32,000 nt of DNA from Microcystis aeruginosa NIES-843 (lineage in GTDB: Bacteria > Cyanobacteriota > Cyanobacteriia > Cyanobacteriales > Microcystaceae). The notes under the pieces are model-generated. The model was not told the origin of the DNA and ran no database searches. It was given only the letters and a program-made list of their open reading frames with translations. The DNA lies in contig NC_010296.1 of NCBI RefSeq assembly GCF_000010625.1, positions 120,001 to 152,000 of the forward strand, given 5' to 3'. How positions within the stretch are numbered: position 1 is the stretch's first letter; every line of letters begins with the position of its first letter. The position numbers and the translations under genes were made by a program. Below, one piece after another: positions 1-8,959 of the stretch.

Positions 1-658
1 TAACACACGAAAACCAGAAGAGCCAAATGTTTATCATTGGTGAGTATTAGAGCATCAATTTTGTTTTGAGGGATAAAAAAAGAGCTAATCTGGAAGAAGT
101 TATCCAACTTCAGACAAAAAAATGCCGAAGAAAAAATATATTGTAGAGCTAACAGACTCCGAAAGAACTGAACTCGAGCAGCTAACCAAGAAAGGAAAAA
201 TAGCAGCTTACAAAATGAACCATGCCAGAATACTACTTTTAGCAGACGTCAATCAACAGGAAGGTGGTTGGACTGACTCGAAAATTAGTGAAGCCTTAAA
301 TGTTGCTCAAGCCACCATTGAGAGAGTACGACAAAGATTTGTCGAGTCAGGAATTGAATCATCATTAACTCGAAAAAAGCAAGAACATCGCCGTGCCAAA
401 ATTATCGATGGGGAAAAGGAAGCAGATCTGATTGCCATCGCTTGTAGTGAAACACCAACGGGACGAGCAAAATGGACACTTCAAATGCTGGCAGATAAAA
501 TGGTCGAACTTGAATATGTGGAAAAAATATCACGAGAAACCATCAGAAAAACCTTAAAAAAAATGAATTGAAACCATGGCTGAATCAATCATGGGTCATT
601 CCCCCAAAAGAATCAGCGGAGTTTGTCTGTGCCATGGAAGATGTCTTGGATATTTATA

Positions 659-1688
659 GCAATTCTTGGAGCTATGAGGTACAATAGAAAGTAAATAGAC
701 AAATAATAGAACTTACCAGCTTCCTATGAGACCCTATTCCGTAGATTTTCGCCAAAAAATTATCGATGTCTGGAAGAAAGAAAAAATTTCCATTCGAGGA
801 CTAGCCCAGAGATTTGACGTGGCTAAAAGCTTTATTCAGAAGTTATTGAAGCAACATAAAGAAACAGGAGATATCCGTCCTCGTCCGCAAGGGGGAAGTC
901 CGCCAACCAAGTTAAATAGTGAACAACTGATAATTTTAATAGAAATCATCGAAGCTAACAATGATGCAACTCTCGAAGAATTATCGGACTTACTGTATGA
1001 AAAGACACAGGTGAAAGTCAGTAGAGCCACCCTGGGGCGGCTTACGCAAAAACTCAATTACAGTTTCAAAAAAAAACACTACACGCGGCGGAAAAAGAAA
1101 GTGACAGGGTACAGCAAAAAAGAGTGGAATACTGGTCAGAAGTTCGGGAAATTGAGGCATCAAAACTAATTTTCATCGATGAATCGGGGGTAAATTTAGC
1201 CCTTTTGAGACTCTATGCTAGAGCCTTAATTGGCCGAAGAGCTCGGGGAAGAAAACCACAAAAAAGAGGGAGAAATATTTCAATAATTAGTGCTATAAGC
1301 TTAGAAAAAGTTGTCGCATCAGTCAACATATACGGTGCAGTGGATGCGGTAACATTTGAAGGATTTATTCTAAAGGAAGTGCTGCCAAAAATTAAAGAAG
1401 GAGACTGTCTGATCATGGATAACGCCAAGATTCATCTCGGAGAAATGGTCAGAGAAATAATCGAACAAGAAAAAGCTAGACTCATCTATTTACCTCCTTA
1501 TTCTCCCGAATTCTCTCCTATTGAAAACTTTTGGTCAAAAGTGAAAGCGACGTTAAGAAAACTGAAGGCGAGAACTTACAAAGACTTAATAGAAGGGATT
1601 GAATTGGCTATGTTAGAAGTTACTCAAAAAGATATTCGCAATTGGTTTACTCACTGTTGCTACTGTACCTCATAAGTCAGAGAATTGC
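659..1688 (+). mobile_element. Second, different IS630-family IS (1030 bp) nested in the first
   Basis: 25-nt terminal inverted repeats: 659-683 gcaattcttggagctatgaggtaca vs the reverse complement of 1664-1688, gcaattctctgacttatgaggtaca. TATA on both flanks (655-658, 1689-1692). It interrupts the host transposase frame. Confidence 0.8.
726..1675 (+). CDS. IS630-family transposase of the nested element; frames 726-1169 and 1124-1675 joined by a -1 shift
   Basis: Frame 1 reads ...KLNYSFKKK. Across the A9 run at 1068-1076 the -1 frame reads KKTLHAAEKESDRVQQKRVEYWSEVREIEASKLIFIDESG. DDE-type motifs IFIDESG, LIMDNAKIH and YLPPYSPEFSPIENFWSKVK are present. Confidence 0.8.
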
Positions 1689-2391
1689 TATATCATAGTG
1701 AGTATGACCAGCAAAATCCCTGGCTGTGTTTTGATGAGAGTTGTCAACAATTAGTCAAAGAAACAAAAGAGAAAATACCAGCCGAACCGAGAGAACCAGA
1801 AAGGTATGACTATCAATATGAGCGTAATGGTGTAGCCAATATGTTTATGTTTTTTGAACCATTACAAGGTTGGCGACATGTAGAAGTTACACAACAAAGG
1901 ACGGCGAGCGATTATGCACACCAAATGAAATATTTGGTTGATGAGCGTTATCCGGATGCCCAGAAAATTAGAGTAATTCAAGACAACTTAAATACTCATG
2001 TAAAAGCCTCATTATATAAAGCCTTTGAACCGGAAGAGGCCAAGAGAATTTTAGATAAACTCGAATTTCATTACACTCCCAAACATGGCAGCTGGTTAAA
2101 TATGGCAGAAATTGAGTTGAGCGTTTTGAATCGTCAATGTCTCGAGCGTCGTATCCCAGACATGGATAGTTTAAAACAAGAAATTAAGGCATGGGAAGAA
2201 AATCGAAATGAAAAGTCAAATTCAGTTGACTGGAGATTTACTACTGCTGATGCTCGTATTAAATTAAAAAAACTCTATCCCTCAATTCAAACTTGACAGA
2301 CTAGTAGATTCAAGAATAGATAATTAAGTTTGTCAGCAAAAAATTAAGTAAGTCAACTCACTAAAATTCAGTAATCTAAGGATTTACGCTC

Positions 2392-3021
2392 ATGGCGATA
2401 CAAGACGATGCGAATAAACAGTTGGGATCACTCCCTTTTGGTAATATCATTGGTGGGCCTTTGGTGGCGGCGATTGAAGCCCAAGCAAAAGCTGCAAGAT
2501 CTTCAGTTGATTTTATCCAATCAGTTGCTTATAAGCCGCTCGCAGTAGGACAGGACGGAACGACCGATCCCAATGCAGTAAGAGAACTTCAAACAGTTGA
2601 ATTCGTATATGAGAGTGGTGACAAAAACGTAAAACTAAGCGTTCCATTACTGTCGATTGTACCGATTCCGTATATCCGCATTGATGATATGACAATCCAG
2701 TTCAAAGCAAATATTAGTGCTGAGACGGCCTCACAAGACACAACTACAACTGGAACAAATACCAATGTCAATGCAAACGTGACTGGGAGATATGGATGGG
2801 GGCCAGCGAAGGTTGAAGCAAGTTTTAATGCCTCCTACTCCGCTAAGAAAGACAGCACTTCTGCTGCAAATTCTAAGTATTCCGTTGAATACACTATGGA
2901 TATTTATATCCACGCCGTTCAGGATGATATGCCAGGTGGAATGGTTGAGGTTTTAAAGATCCTCAAAGAGAGCATTAAGGGAATACCTCCAAAAACGGAT
3001 GAAACAACACCTACCTCATAA
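2392..3021 (+). CDS. Hypothetical protein, paralog 1 of a three-gene family (may be DUF2589-like; recalled from memory, unverified)
   Basis: 209-aa ORF with an ATG start. Shares with the 3822 gene an N-terminal IIG(G/A)PL(V/L)A...AQ..A....FIQ helix motif, a central VPLLSIVPIPYIRIDDMTIQF strand motif and a C-terminal ..AVQDDMPGGM..VL motif. Has a Thr/Asn-rich low-complexity middle. Confidence 0.75.
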   Translation: MAIQDDANKQLGSLPFGNIIGGPLVAAIEAQAKAARSSVDFIQSVAYKPLAVGQDGTTDPNAVRELQTVEFVYESGDKNVKLSVPLLSIVPIPYIRIDDMTIQFKANISAETASQDTTTTGTNTNVNANVTGRYGWGPAKVEASFNASYSAKKDSTSAANSKYSVEYTMDIYIHAVQDDMPGGMVEVLKILKESIKGIPPKTDETTPTS

Positions 3022-3218
3022 TAGCTAACCTATATCCACGTTTGAACTTGATTTAGGTGAAAATGAGGGAACCGAACTGTAATAAATTACGCGTATTCGG
3101 TAGGTGGGCAGACTTATTTTTTTGTGAGGCTAAACTGAGTGCAGATTTTCAAATTTTAAGCGTCATAGTCTTAGTCACGCCCATCTAGATTTATCAGGAA
3201 AACTATCTTAGGACTCAT

Positions 3219-3779
3219 ATGGCTAAATTAAACCAAGTCATCGGCGCGATTCTCACTGAGATTACTAAAGCTCAGGCTACTTCGGATGCTTATTTACGGG
3301 ATTTAAAGGCTTCCTACCGAGAAAATCCCTTTCTGAAATTGCTTTCTGTTCCTCGAATAGAAGTCAGAGATGTCACGGTCGATCTGAAGTTTGCTATTCT
3401 TACTGGAGAGGCATTACCAAGTGGCAAAGTTGTAATCTACGCGGATGGGAGTTACCAAGGAGCCAGTCAAGAACTTGCTGAGGGGAACTACGATATAAAC
3501 GATTTGACGATTGGCAATGATACCTTGAGTTCTTTAAAAATACCACAAGGAATAAAGGTAACGGTTTACGAACATAGAGGGTTTAGTGGCCGCTCTAAGG
3601 TATTTGTTGAGGATACGCCCTGGGTCGGCGATGATTTCAATGATCTGACCTCTTCAATCAAAGTTGAAAAAATTTCGATTGACTCAATGGATATAGAAGT
3701 AAACACAGATTATCTTGAAAAGTTATCCGAAACTGCTATTTCATCAATTTCTATTCAACTAGATGTGGCAAGCACTTAA
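3219..3779 (+). CDS. Hypothetical protein, divergent paralog 2 with an inserted beta-gamma-crystallin domain
   Basis: 186-aa ORF. The N-terminus LNQVIGAILTEITKAQA and the strand LSVPRIEVRDVTVDLKFAI parallel the paralog motifs. Residues ~69-151 carry two Greek-key signatures (YADGSYQG, YEHRGFSG) and two N/D-N/D-x-x-S/T-S Ca-binding motifs (NDTLSS, NDLTSS). Confidence 0.75.
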   Translation: MAKLNQVIGAILTEITKAQATSDAYLRDLKASYRENPFLKLLSVPRIEVRDVTVDLKFAILTGEALPSGKVVIYADGSYQGASQELAEGNYDINDLTIGNDTLSSLKIPQGIKVTVYEHRGFSGRSKVFVEDTPWVGDDFNDLTSSIKVEKISIDSMDIEVNTDYLEKLSETAISSISIQLDVAST

Positions 3780-4062
3780 GGAAATTCATGTTTAATTGTA
3801 AACAGTTTTGGGCGTTACACCATGTCTGATATTACAGATGTACCTCTCTATCAAATTATTGGCGCACCCTTGCTGGCACTCGTGCAAGGTGAAACGCAAG
3901 CCGCACAGGCCACTGCTCGATTTATTCAGGAGATTGGCTTTGAGACTTCTCCTGATGAGCCGTTACAGTTTGGCAGGTTAAAGACCCTTACCTTTCGCTA
4001 TAGCAAAATAAGCGTAGGAGGAACGATTACTGAATTAGAAGTAGAAATTCCTGTTTTATCAA

Positions 4063-6136
4063 CCCACATTCCGCACCCTAAGTGTCACAACGTCTCAAAA
4101 GAGGAAGGGGCGCGAGTCAAAATACTTATCTAGAGGAGTGAGTTGGCGGCAAGCTGCCGGCAACTAAGCCGAAAATTTCAGAGTTCCCCCGGTCATTCTC
4201 AATAAACAGTGCTTGTTGAGAATGACTAGGCAATCAGACTTAACATCTAGGGGGAGATGTTCCAGTTGCTCGCTTTGTTTTGTCACCCCTTGAAGTCAAT
4301 CCATCTGGTCAAGATAAGAGATAATATTCCTGGCAAGGTTTGGGAAAAAATCTCAAAATGTTGCGCCTCTCATCCGTTAAGTTGCTAATCTTTTGATTGT
4401 CTTGAATACGGACGAGATGAATCCCTTGAAAGCCCTGAAATATCCAGCGTAACGTCGGTCGGTCAGTTAACTTACCCAACGGATTTTTCAGTCCCGTCTC
4501 CTGCTGTTTTAAACTTAAACGAAGTTGTCTTTGACCAATAGTATAAACCAGCAGGCACAAGCCCATGAGCATGGCCATGACCTCGATTCTATGGGGAGAT
4601 TTGAGAAAGACACTGTGGGCAAAAAAGCAGGGGTCTTTGAGAAAAGAAAATCCTCTTTCCGGAGCTTGTTGCCCTTTATATTTTTTGAGTATATCCTCAC
4701 TGCTTAATCGTTGTTTCTCCAAATCGTTAGTTGCTAAAACGAATCGTCCTGCTCGTTTCTTTAGCCTCTCAATGGCGGTCAAATTCAACTCTAATTCGGC
4801 TTGAACTTGATAGCTTTGAGAGGGTAAATCGTCTTTTGATTTGAGTTTTGACCCCTGGGACTCAGGCGGAATGAGATTGACTTTAATCTCCGTTAACTGA
4901 TGAGATTTTAAGGAGTCAGATAATCCTTTGGCTATCGCCAACGCCACCGCTCTATTCTCAAATTCTCTTCGGGATAGTTGCCGGATTTTTTCTTGGGCAG
5001 AATTCTTTTCCTGCTCGATTTTTTTCTCTAATTTTTTCAAGTCTGATTCTTGTCTAGCTTGACTTTCAACTAGCAACCATCTTTGTTCTATCCCCCCATA
5101 GTTAGAGATGGTTTCCCGCCAGGAATAACCCGGTATTTCTGAATCGGTTAACTCTTTTTCTGAGATGCTATCAACCAACTCTTGAGCCTCTTTAATGCTT
5201 AATGGTACTCGAGACAACCAACGCATTTCTTTCATTAGTTTTAAATTCTCTTTGCTATAGAGGGCGCTATCGCCGACTATTAAACTGTCAAAGTCAACTT
5301 GTTTTTTAAATTCTCGGGCGATTTGACCAAAAACCGCTTTGTCCGCTTCATTTCCGTCCCCTACTTTCAGGAATAAAGGTACATCTCCATCCCCACTTAC
5401 GATTAAGTCAATCATAAATTGTTTTAAGTCAGGTCTTCGGTCGCGGGAGTATCCGTAGGTAATTTTTATTGGCTGTTGTCTGGTTTCAATTTCTTCTCCC
5501 ACTGCTCCTGATTTCAGGATTTCTACTGTTGGGTATTCCTTGTTATATTCTCCTTCTACTGATAGAGAAGTCGAATCTAAATGGGAGTTCTCGGTTGCTA
5601 CACCAAATTTTTTCACGGCCGCTAAACTAATCAGTAGGAAAATGACCGAAACATTAAGTTGATAAAGTTTGTCCATTACTCGACCAATTTTATCATCATT
5701 CAGGTGTTTTGGTTCGATGCCCTCTCCCAGCAGATGTTCGGTTGCTTTATCTTCAAAAAATTGAGGAAATAAATACAAGGCTCGGGAGACAAATCCCAAT
5801 CCATTCAGGATAATTGCTTTCACGACTTGCCCAGCTGTGACAATTTCTCCTCGCTCAATTGAGACTTGTTCGTTGATAATTTCAACGATTCCTATTTCAT
5901 CGATAATTCCGGCTACTAATCCCAGATGGTCTAGATTTTTGACTTCAATTTCTGTTGATTGATTCATGGTCGAACAGTCCACTCGCCTCAGTTTTCCAAC
6001 AATTCCTATTTTTTCATAATTAGGGGTCTCAAGACCCCCCTAGCGGCCACCGAGAAAACCTTCACCAGCTAGGTATTTTTACTCAAGTCTCTGGCGGGGG
6101 ACAGCTTATGTGACAGTTGAGGGTGCGGAATGTGGG
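4063..6136 (-). mobile_element. IS1634/IS4-like IS, copy 1 (2074 bp)
   Basis: Terminal inverted repeats: cccacattccgcaccct from 4063 vs agggtgcggaatgtggg ending at 6136. 7-bp direct duplication ttatcaa (4056-4062, 6137-6143). A second copy lies at 12250-15606. Confidence 0.85.
4309..5982 (-). CDS. IS1634-family-like DDE transposase (557 aa; the real start is probably the MNQSTEIEV Met at 5967)
   Basis: Long ORF filling the IS. The N-terminal LDHLGLVAGIIDEIGIVEIIN segment resembles the DUF4277-type N-terminus of IS1634 transposases. A coiled-coil middle and a C-terminal LKDPCFF...LMGLCLLVY segment follow. Hairpins at 4150-4240 lie downstream of the stop. Confidence 0.7.
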   Translation of the reverse strand: MDCSTMNQSTEIEVKNLDHLGLVAGIIDEIGIVEIINEQVSIERGEIVTAGQVVKAIILNGLGFVSRALYLFPQFFEDKATEHLLGEGIEPKHLNDDKIGRVMDKLYQLNVSVIFLLISLAAVKKFGVATENSHLDSTSLSVEGEYNKEYPTVEILKSGAVGEEIETRQQPIKITYGYSRDRRPDLKQFMIDLIVSGDGDVPLFLKVGDGNEADKAVFGQIAREFKKQVDFDSLIVGDSALYSKENLKLMKEMRWLSRVPLSIKEAQELVDSISEKELTDSEIPGYSWRETISNYGGIEQRWLLVESQARQESDLKKLEKKIEQEKNSAQEKIRQLSRREFENRAVALAIAKGLSDSLKSHQLTEIKVNLIPPESQGSKLKSKDDLPSQSYQVQAELELNLTAIERLKKRAGRFVLATNDLEKQRLSSEDILKKYKGQQAPERGFSFLKDPCFFAHSVFLKSPHRIEVMAMLMGLCLLVYTIGQRQLRLSLKQQETGLKNPLGKLTDRPTLRWIFQGFQGIHLVRIQDNQKISNLTDERRNILRFFPKPCQEYYLLS

Positions 6137-6760
6137 TTATCAATCGTGCCTATTCCGACACTTCAAATTCGTGAAGCGGAAATCGACTTTTCAGTGGAAA
6201 TCAATAGCATCGTTAAATTGGATACGCCCAATGCTGTTAGCGTTGCTGAGGTTTCTGAAGACGAGTCTTCTTCAGAAATTAAAAAAGACTCATCTTTAAA
6301 GCCAGAAATGGTGGCTTTTAGAGCAGGTTTGGCTAGACAAGATTCCAAATCAGCAATGAAGATCAATATCAAAGCAGGTCAAGCAGACACTCCTGTTGGC
6401 TTACTGACAATCTTCAGGTTATTGGATCAAGGAATTTCTAGTCGCGAAGTCAAGGATAATCAAACTCCTCCTTCTGAGGGGTCTGGATCATCGGCAACTT
6501 AGCTTTAACCTTTTAGTTCATCAAGTCCTTTTTCAAGGTGGAGAATTTATGACCGAACAACCTACTAATGGGACTTAGACAAAAAACAAATCGAGAAAAG
6601 CTTCAACTCCAATCCCCGCTTGGGATTTACTTCGAGAAGCCCAAAATCGCTGAAACCCAGATATATCAAGGAAAATCATAAATCGAGGTTAACCCTTTGT
6701 CCCGTAATGGTTTGAGCCTTTTTTGCTGACCGAAAACGCCTAAGTCCCACTAACCAAAAT

Positions 6761-6958
6761 GGTGTTCCTTGTCCCGAATGCAATTTTACGATTCCCACAA
6801 CAATGCCGATGTTGCTCTCTGGTGAGCCAATTGTTTGCCCAATGTGTGGATTAGCTTTGCACGTTGACAGGGAAAAATCGGCTGAAAGTCTCAATTTGAT
6901 TCGCAATCTGTATGAGGCTACTAAGGAGGTTGAAGAAACCAAACAGCAGTGGAGATAA
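6761..6958 (+). pseudogene. Possible small zinc-ribbon protein with no in-frame start codon
   Basis: The frame, open from 6716, reads GVPCPECNFTIPTTMPMLLSGEPIVCPMCGLALHVDREKSAESLNLIRNLYEATKEVEETKQQWR* (CxxC...CxxC). The only upstream ATG (6759) is in another frame, so this is a 1-nt frameshift relic or uses a non-canonical start. Confidence 0.25.
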
Positions 6959-7420
6959 TGTCCGAAGCTCCTTAAAGCAATCAAACTGTGTGAGTGCTAA
7001 TTATGCCCAAGTATTATGTAATTCCTATCGATAATTTTGATCAAGCCTATTTTGGCATTAGATCACTTTTGAATCCTTATAATAGGCAAGTCAACTGGTG
7101 TGCAGGAACACCGAATGTATTTGGCGGACGTGGAACAGAAGCTCGTGAAACTATATATAGGGAGACTCGCGAAGAATCTCGTTTCAAAATAGATATTGAT
7201 CAGTGTGGAGCTACTCTTCATCAGATTCATCAAAGTAATGGAATGACTTTCTATGCTATCCGAAATAGGTTTGTCTACTATCCAGATCCTTACTTTCCGG
7301 CGTTACTGGGAAATCGACCTGAGTATCAAGAATGTACTGGTGAAATCCTAAGGGTCAACTTGAACGCTGTTAATACAGACAACAGTATTTCTGCTGGTAG
7401 TTATGTTATTAAAGAATTTA

Positions 7421-8842
7421 GGCTCTTCGTTACCCTTTATGCTAAATCAACATACAAGATGCCAAGATAACATACTTCTAACCCAAAAATTCCGAAAGTT
7501 TCTAAAGCCATAGCCTCTCCGTTTTATTAGTTTAAGTTTATTGTTGATTCCTTCGACCACCCCATTCGTTGTCCTTCGCTCGAAATAACTAATTATTTCT
7601 CCAAACCAGTTTCGGATTGTTTGACAACTCTTGGTAAAAACACTGGAGGATTTTGCCAACCATTCCGAGATGGATAGCATTCCCTCTGTCGGATTCTCTG
7701 AGGTTTCATAAATCTTTCTAAATTCTTCCTTTAATTCCTGCATCTTTTTCAAATTTGGGAATTTTTCTTTGATAGCTTCTAGTTTAATTTTTTGGGGTTC
7801 CGTTAAATCTTCTTCATTTTTTAACAGGCTATATTTACTTCGCTTTAAAACTTCTAGCTTGGCTTCTTTTTCTGCTTTCTGTTTTTTATTTTTCTGCGCT
7901 TCTACGGCTCTTTTTTCTGCTCTTCTCTGTTCGTCTAACTCTTGATTAATTTGTTTCATTACATGGAATCTATCGGCGACTACTTCGGCCGATGGCATCA
8001 ATTCTTTCACCAAATTTTTATAAGGCAACCAAAGGTCTATGCTCACTTCTTCAATTTGCTCTAACACCTCTTTTCCCCAGCCCGTAAGCGTTTCTCTCAA
8101 CTCTTCTTGTGTTCGCTTCTCTAGAATAGCTATTAGTTTTCCCGTATCTAAATTTACTAAAACCGCACAGTAATTTTTTTGTCCTTTGACTAGAGCGATT
8201 TCATCAATTCCTAGTCTTTTTAATTCCGATAGGTCTGGCTCTGTAATTTCTTCGGCGATGTCCTCTATCATTCTTTGAATCTCTTCTTCCGTTACGTCAT
8301 TTATTCGACTAACATTTAAAATATCTCCTTCTTTTAATTGTTCGAGTATATTTGCGGCTAGTCTTTTCGTATAGGTTCGTTTCTTGGCGACAAAATCTAA
8401 CTCTTCGCTAAAGGGTCTCTGACAATTATCGCACTTAAATTGACGACGATTAACTTGTAGGTATACTGGTTGACCTGAGATTGGTAAATCTTTGACTAAA
8501 TGTCGATGATTTTGGTGGAGTTTATCGCTCTCTAACCCACAACGAGGACAGGTTGCTTTTTGATTTTTCGATTCGATTCGGCAAACTATACCGATATTTT
8601 CTAGGTGTAGATAGCCTTGAATACAGGTTCCTTTTAGGTTCAAAAATTTGTCAAGTATCATAAGTAAAATAATCTCGTTTTTGGCTATTATATCAAATCT
8701 TAACTCAATTGTCTATCTTTTGGTATTAACCTGTTTGTGCCTTAAGTCCTTCCCTGTATGGATTTCAGCTACTTTTGAGCGTAGGCGCTCTCATCGAATT
8801 TTATTTTAAGTTAATTATTTGCATAACAATTCCCGAAGAGCC
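7421..8842 (-). mobile_element. ISL3-family IS, copy 1 (1422 bp)
   Basis: Ends: ggctcttcg...tatgc at 7421 vs the reverse complement of ...cgaagagcc at 8842. 8-bp direct duplication agaattta (7413-7420, 8843-8850). A second copy of identical length lies at 17150-18571. Confidence 0.9.
7447..8661 (-). CDS. ISL3-family transposase (404 aa)
   Basis: N-terminal zinc finger CPRCG...CDNC, then ADRFHVMKQIN and a C-terminal TNGVVEGINNKLKLIKRRGYGFRNFRNF, as in IS204/IS1001/IS1096/IS1165-type (ISL3) transposases. Confidence 0.9.
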   Translation of the reverse strand: MILDKFLNLKGTCIQGYLHLENIGIVCRIESKNQKATCPRCGLESDKLHQNHRHLVKDLPISGQPVYLQVNRRQFKCDNCQRPFSEELDFVAKKRTYTKRLAANILEQLKEGDILNVSRINDVTEEEIQRMIEDIAEEITEPDLSELKRLGIDEIALVKGQKNYCAVLVNLDTGKLIAILEKRTQEELRETLTGWGKEVLEQIEEVSIDLWLPYKNLVKELMPSAEVVADRFHVMKQINQELDEQRRAEKRAVEAQKNKKQKAEKEAKLEVLKRSKYSLLKNEEDLTEPQKIKLEAIKEKFPNLKKMQELKEEFRKIYETSENPTEGMLSISEWLAKSSSVFTKSCQTIRNWFGEIISYFERRTTNGVVEGINNKLKLIKRRGYGFRNFRNFWVRSMLSWHLVC

Positions 8843-8959
8843 AGAATTTAAGAGACGATTTAAACGCACTCTTACTCCTTCAGCTACAAAAGAATTTTTA
8901 TCCTCAGAAATGGCTCAAGCTATACAGATGGCAGCTTGTGAAGTGCAAAAAGGACTGTT

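Larger units (their letters stand above)
122..2296 (+). pseudogene. IS630-family transposase split by a nested IS (HTH part 122-658, DDE part 1689-2296)
   Basis: ORF 122-571 continues in the -1 frame across an A8 run (556-563) as LKKNELKPWLNQSWVIPPKESAEFVCAMEDVLDIY up to 658. It resumes after the nested element as YHSEYDQQNPWLCFDESCQQL...VIQDNLNTH...YTPKHGSWLNMAEIE (ORF 1685-2296). The frame is continuous only if exactly 659-1688 is removed. Confidence 0.75.
50..2301 (+). mobile_element. IS630-family IS, outer copy (1222 bp once the nested element is removed)
   Basis: 26-nt imperfect terminal inverted repeats: 50-75 gagcatcaattttgttttgagggata vs the reverse complement of 2276-2301, gtctgtcaagtttgaattgagggata. 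TA on both flanks (48-49, 2302-2303), the IS630/Tc1-mariner target. Encodes IS630-type transposase motifs. Confidence 0.8.
3822..6502 (+). pseudogene. Paralog 3 of the family, interrupted by an IS (exons 3822-4062 and 6144-6502, restoring 199 aa)
   Basis: Removing IS 4063-6136 plus one copy of the 7-bp duplication joins ...ELEVEIPVLS to IVPIPTLQIREAEIDFSVEINS in frame (600 nt). The restored junction matches paralog 1 (VPLLSIVPIPYIRIDDMTIQF). The tails of ORF-track entries 3822-4133 and 6110-6502 that lie within 4063-6136 are IS-end read-through. Confidence 0.8.

Noticed and set aside
6676-6984. 102-aa reverse-strand ORF from the track
   Set aside because: It has a non-canonical start and an odd composition. 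It overlaps a much more protein-like zinc-ribbon frame on the + strand, so it is probably a shadow ORF.
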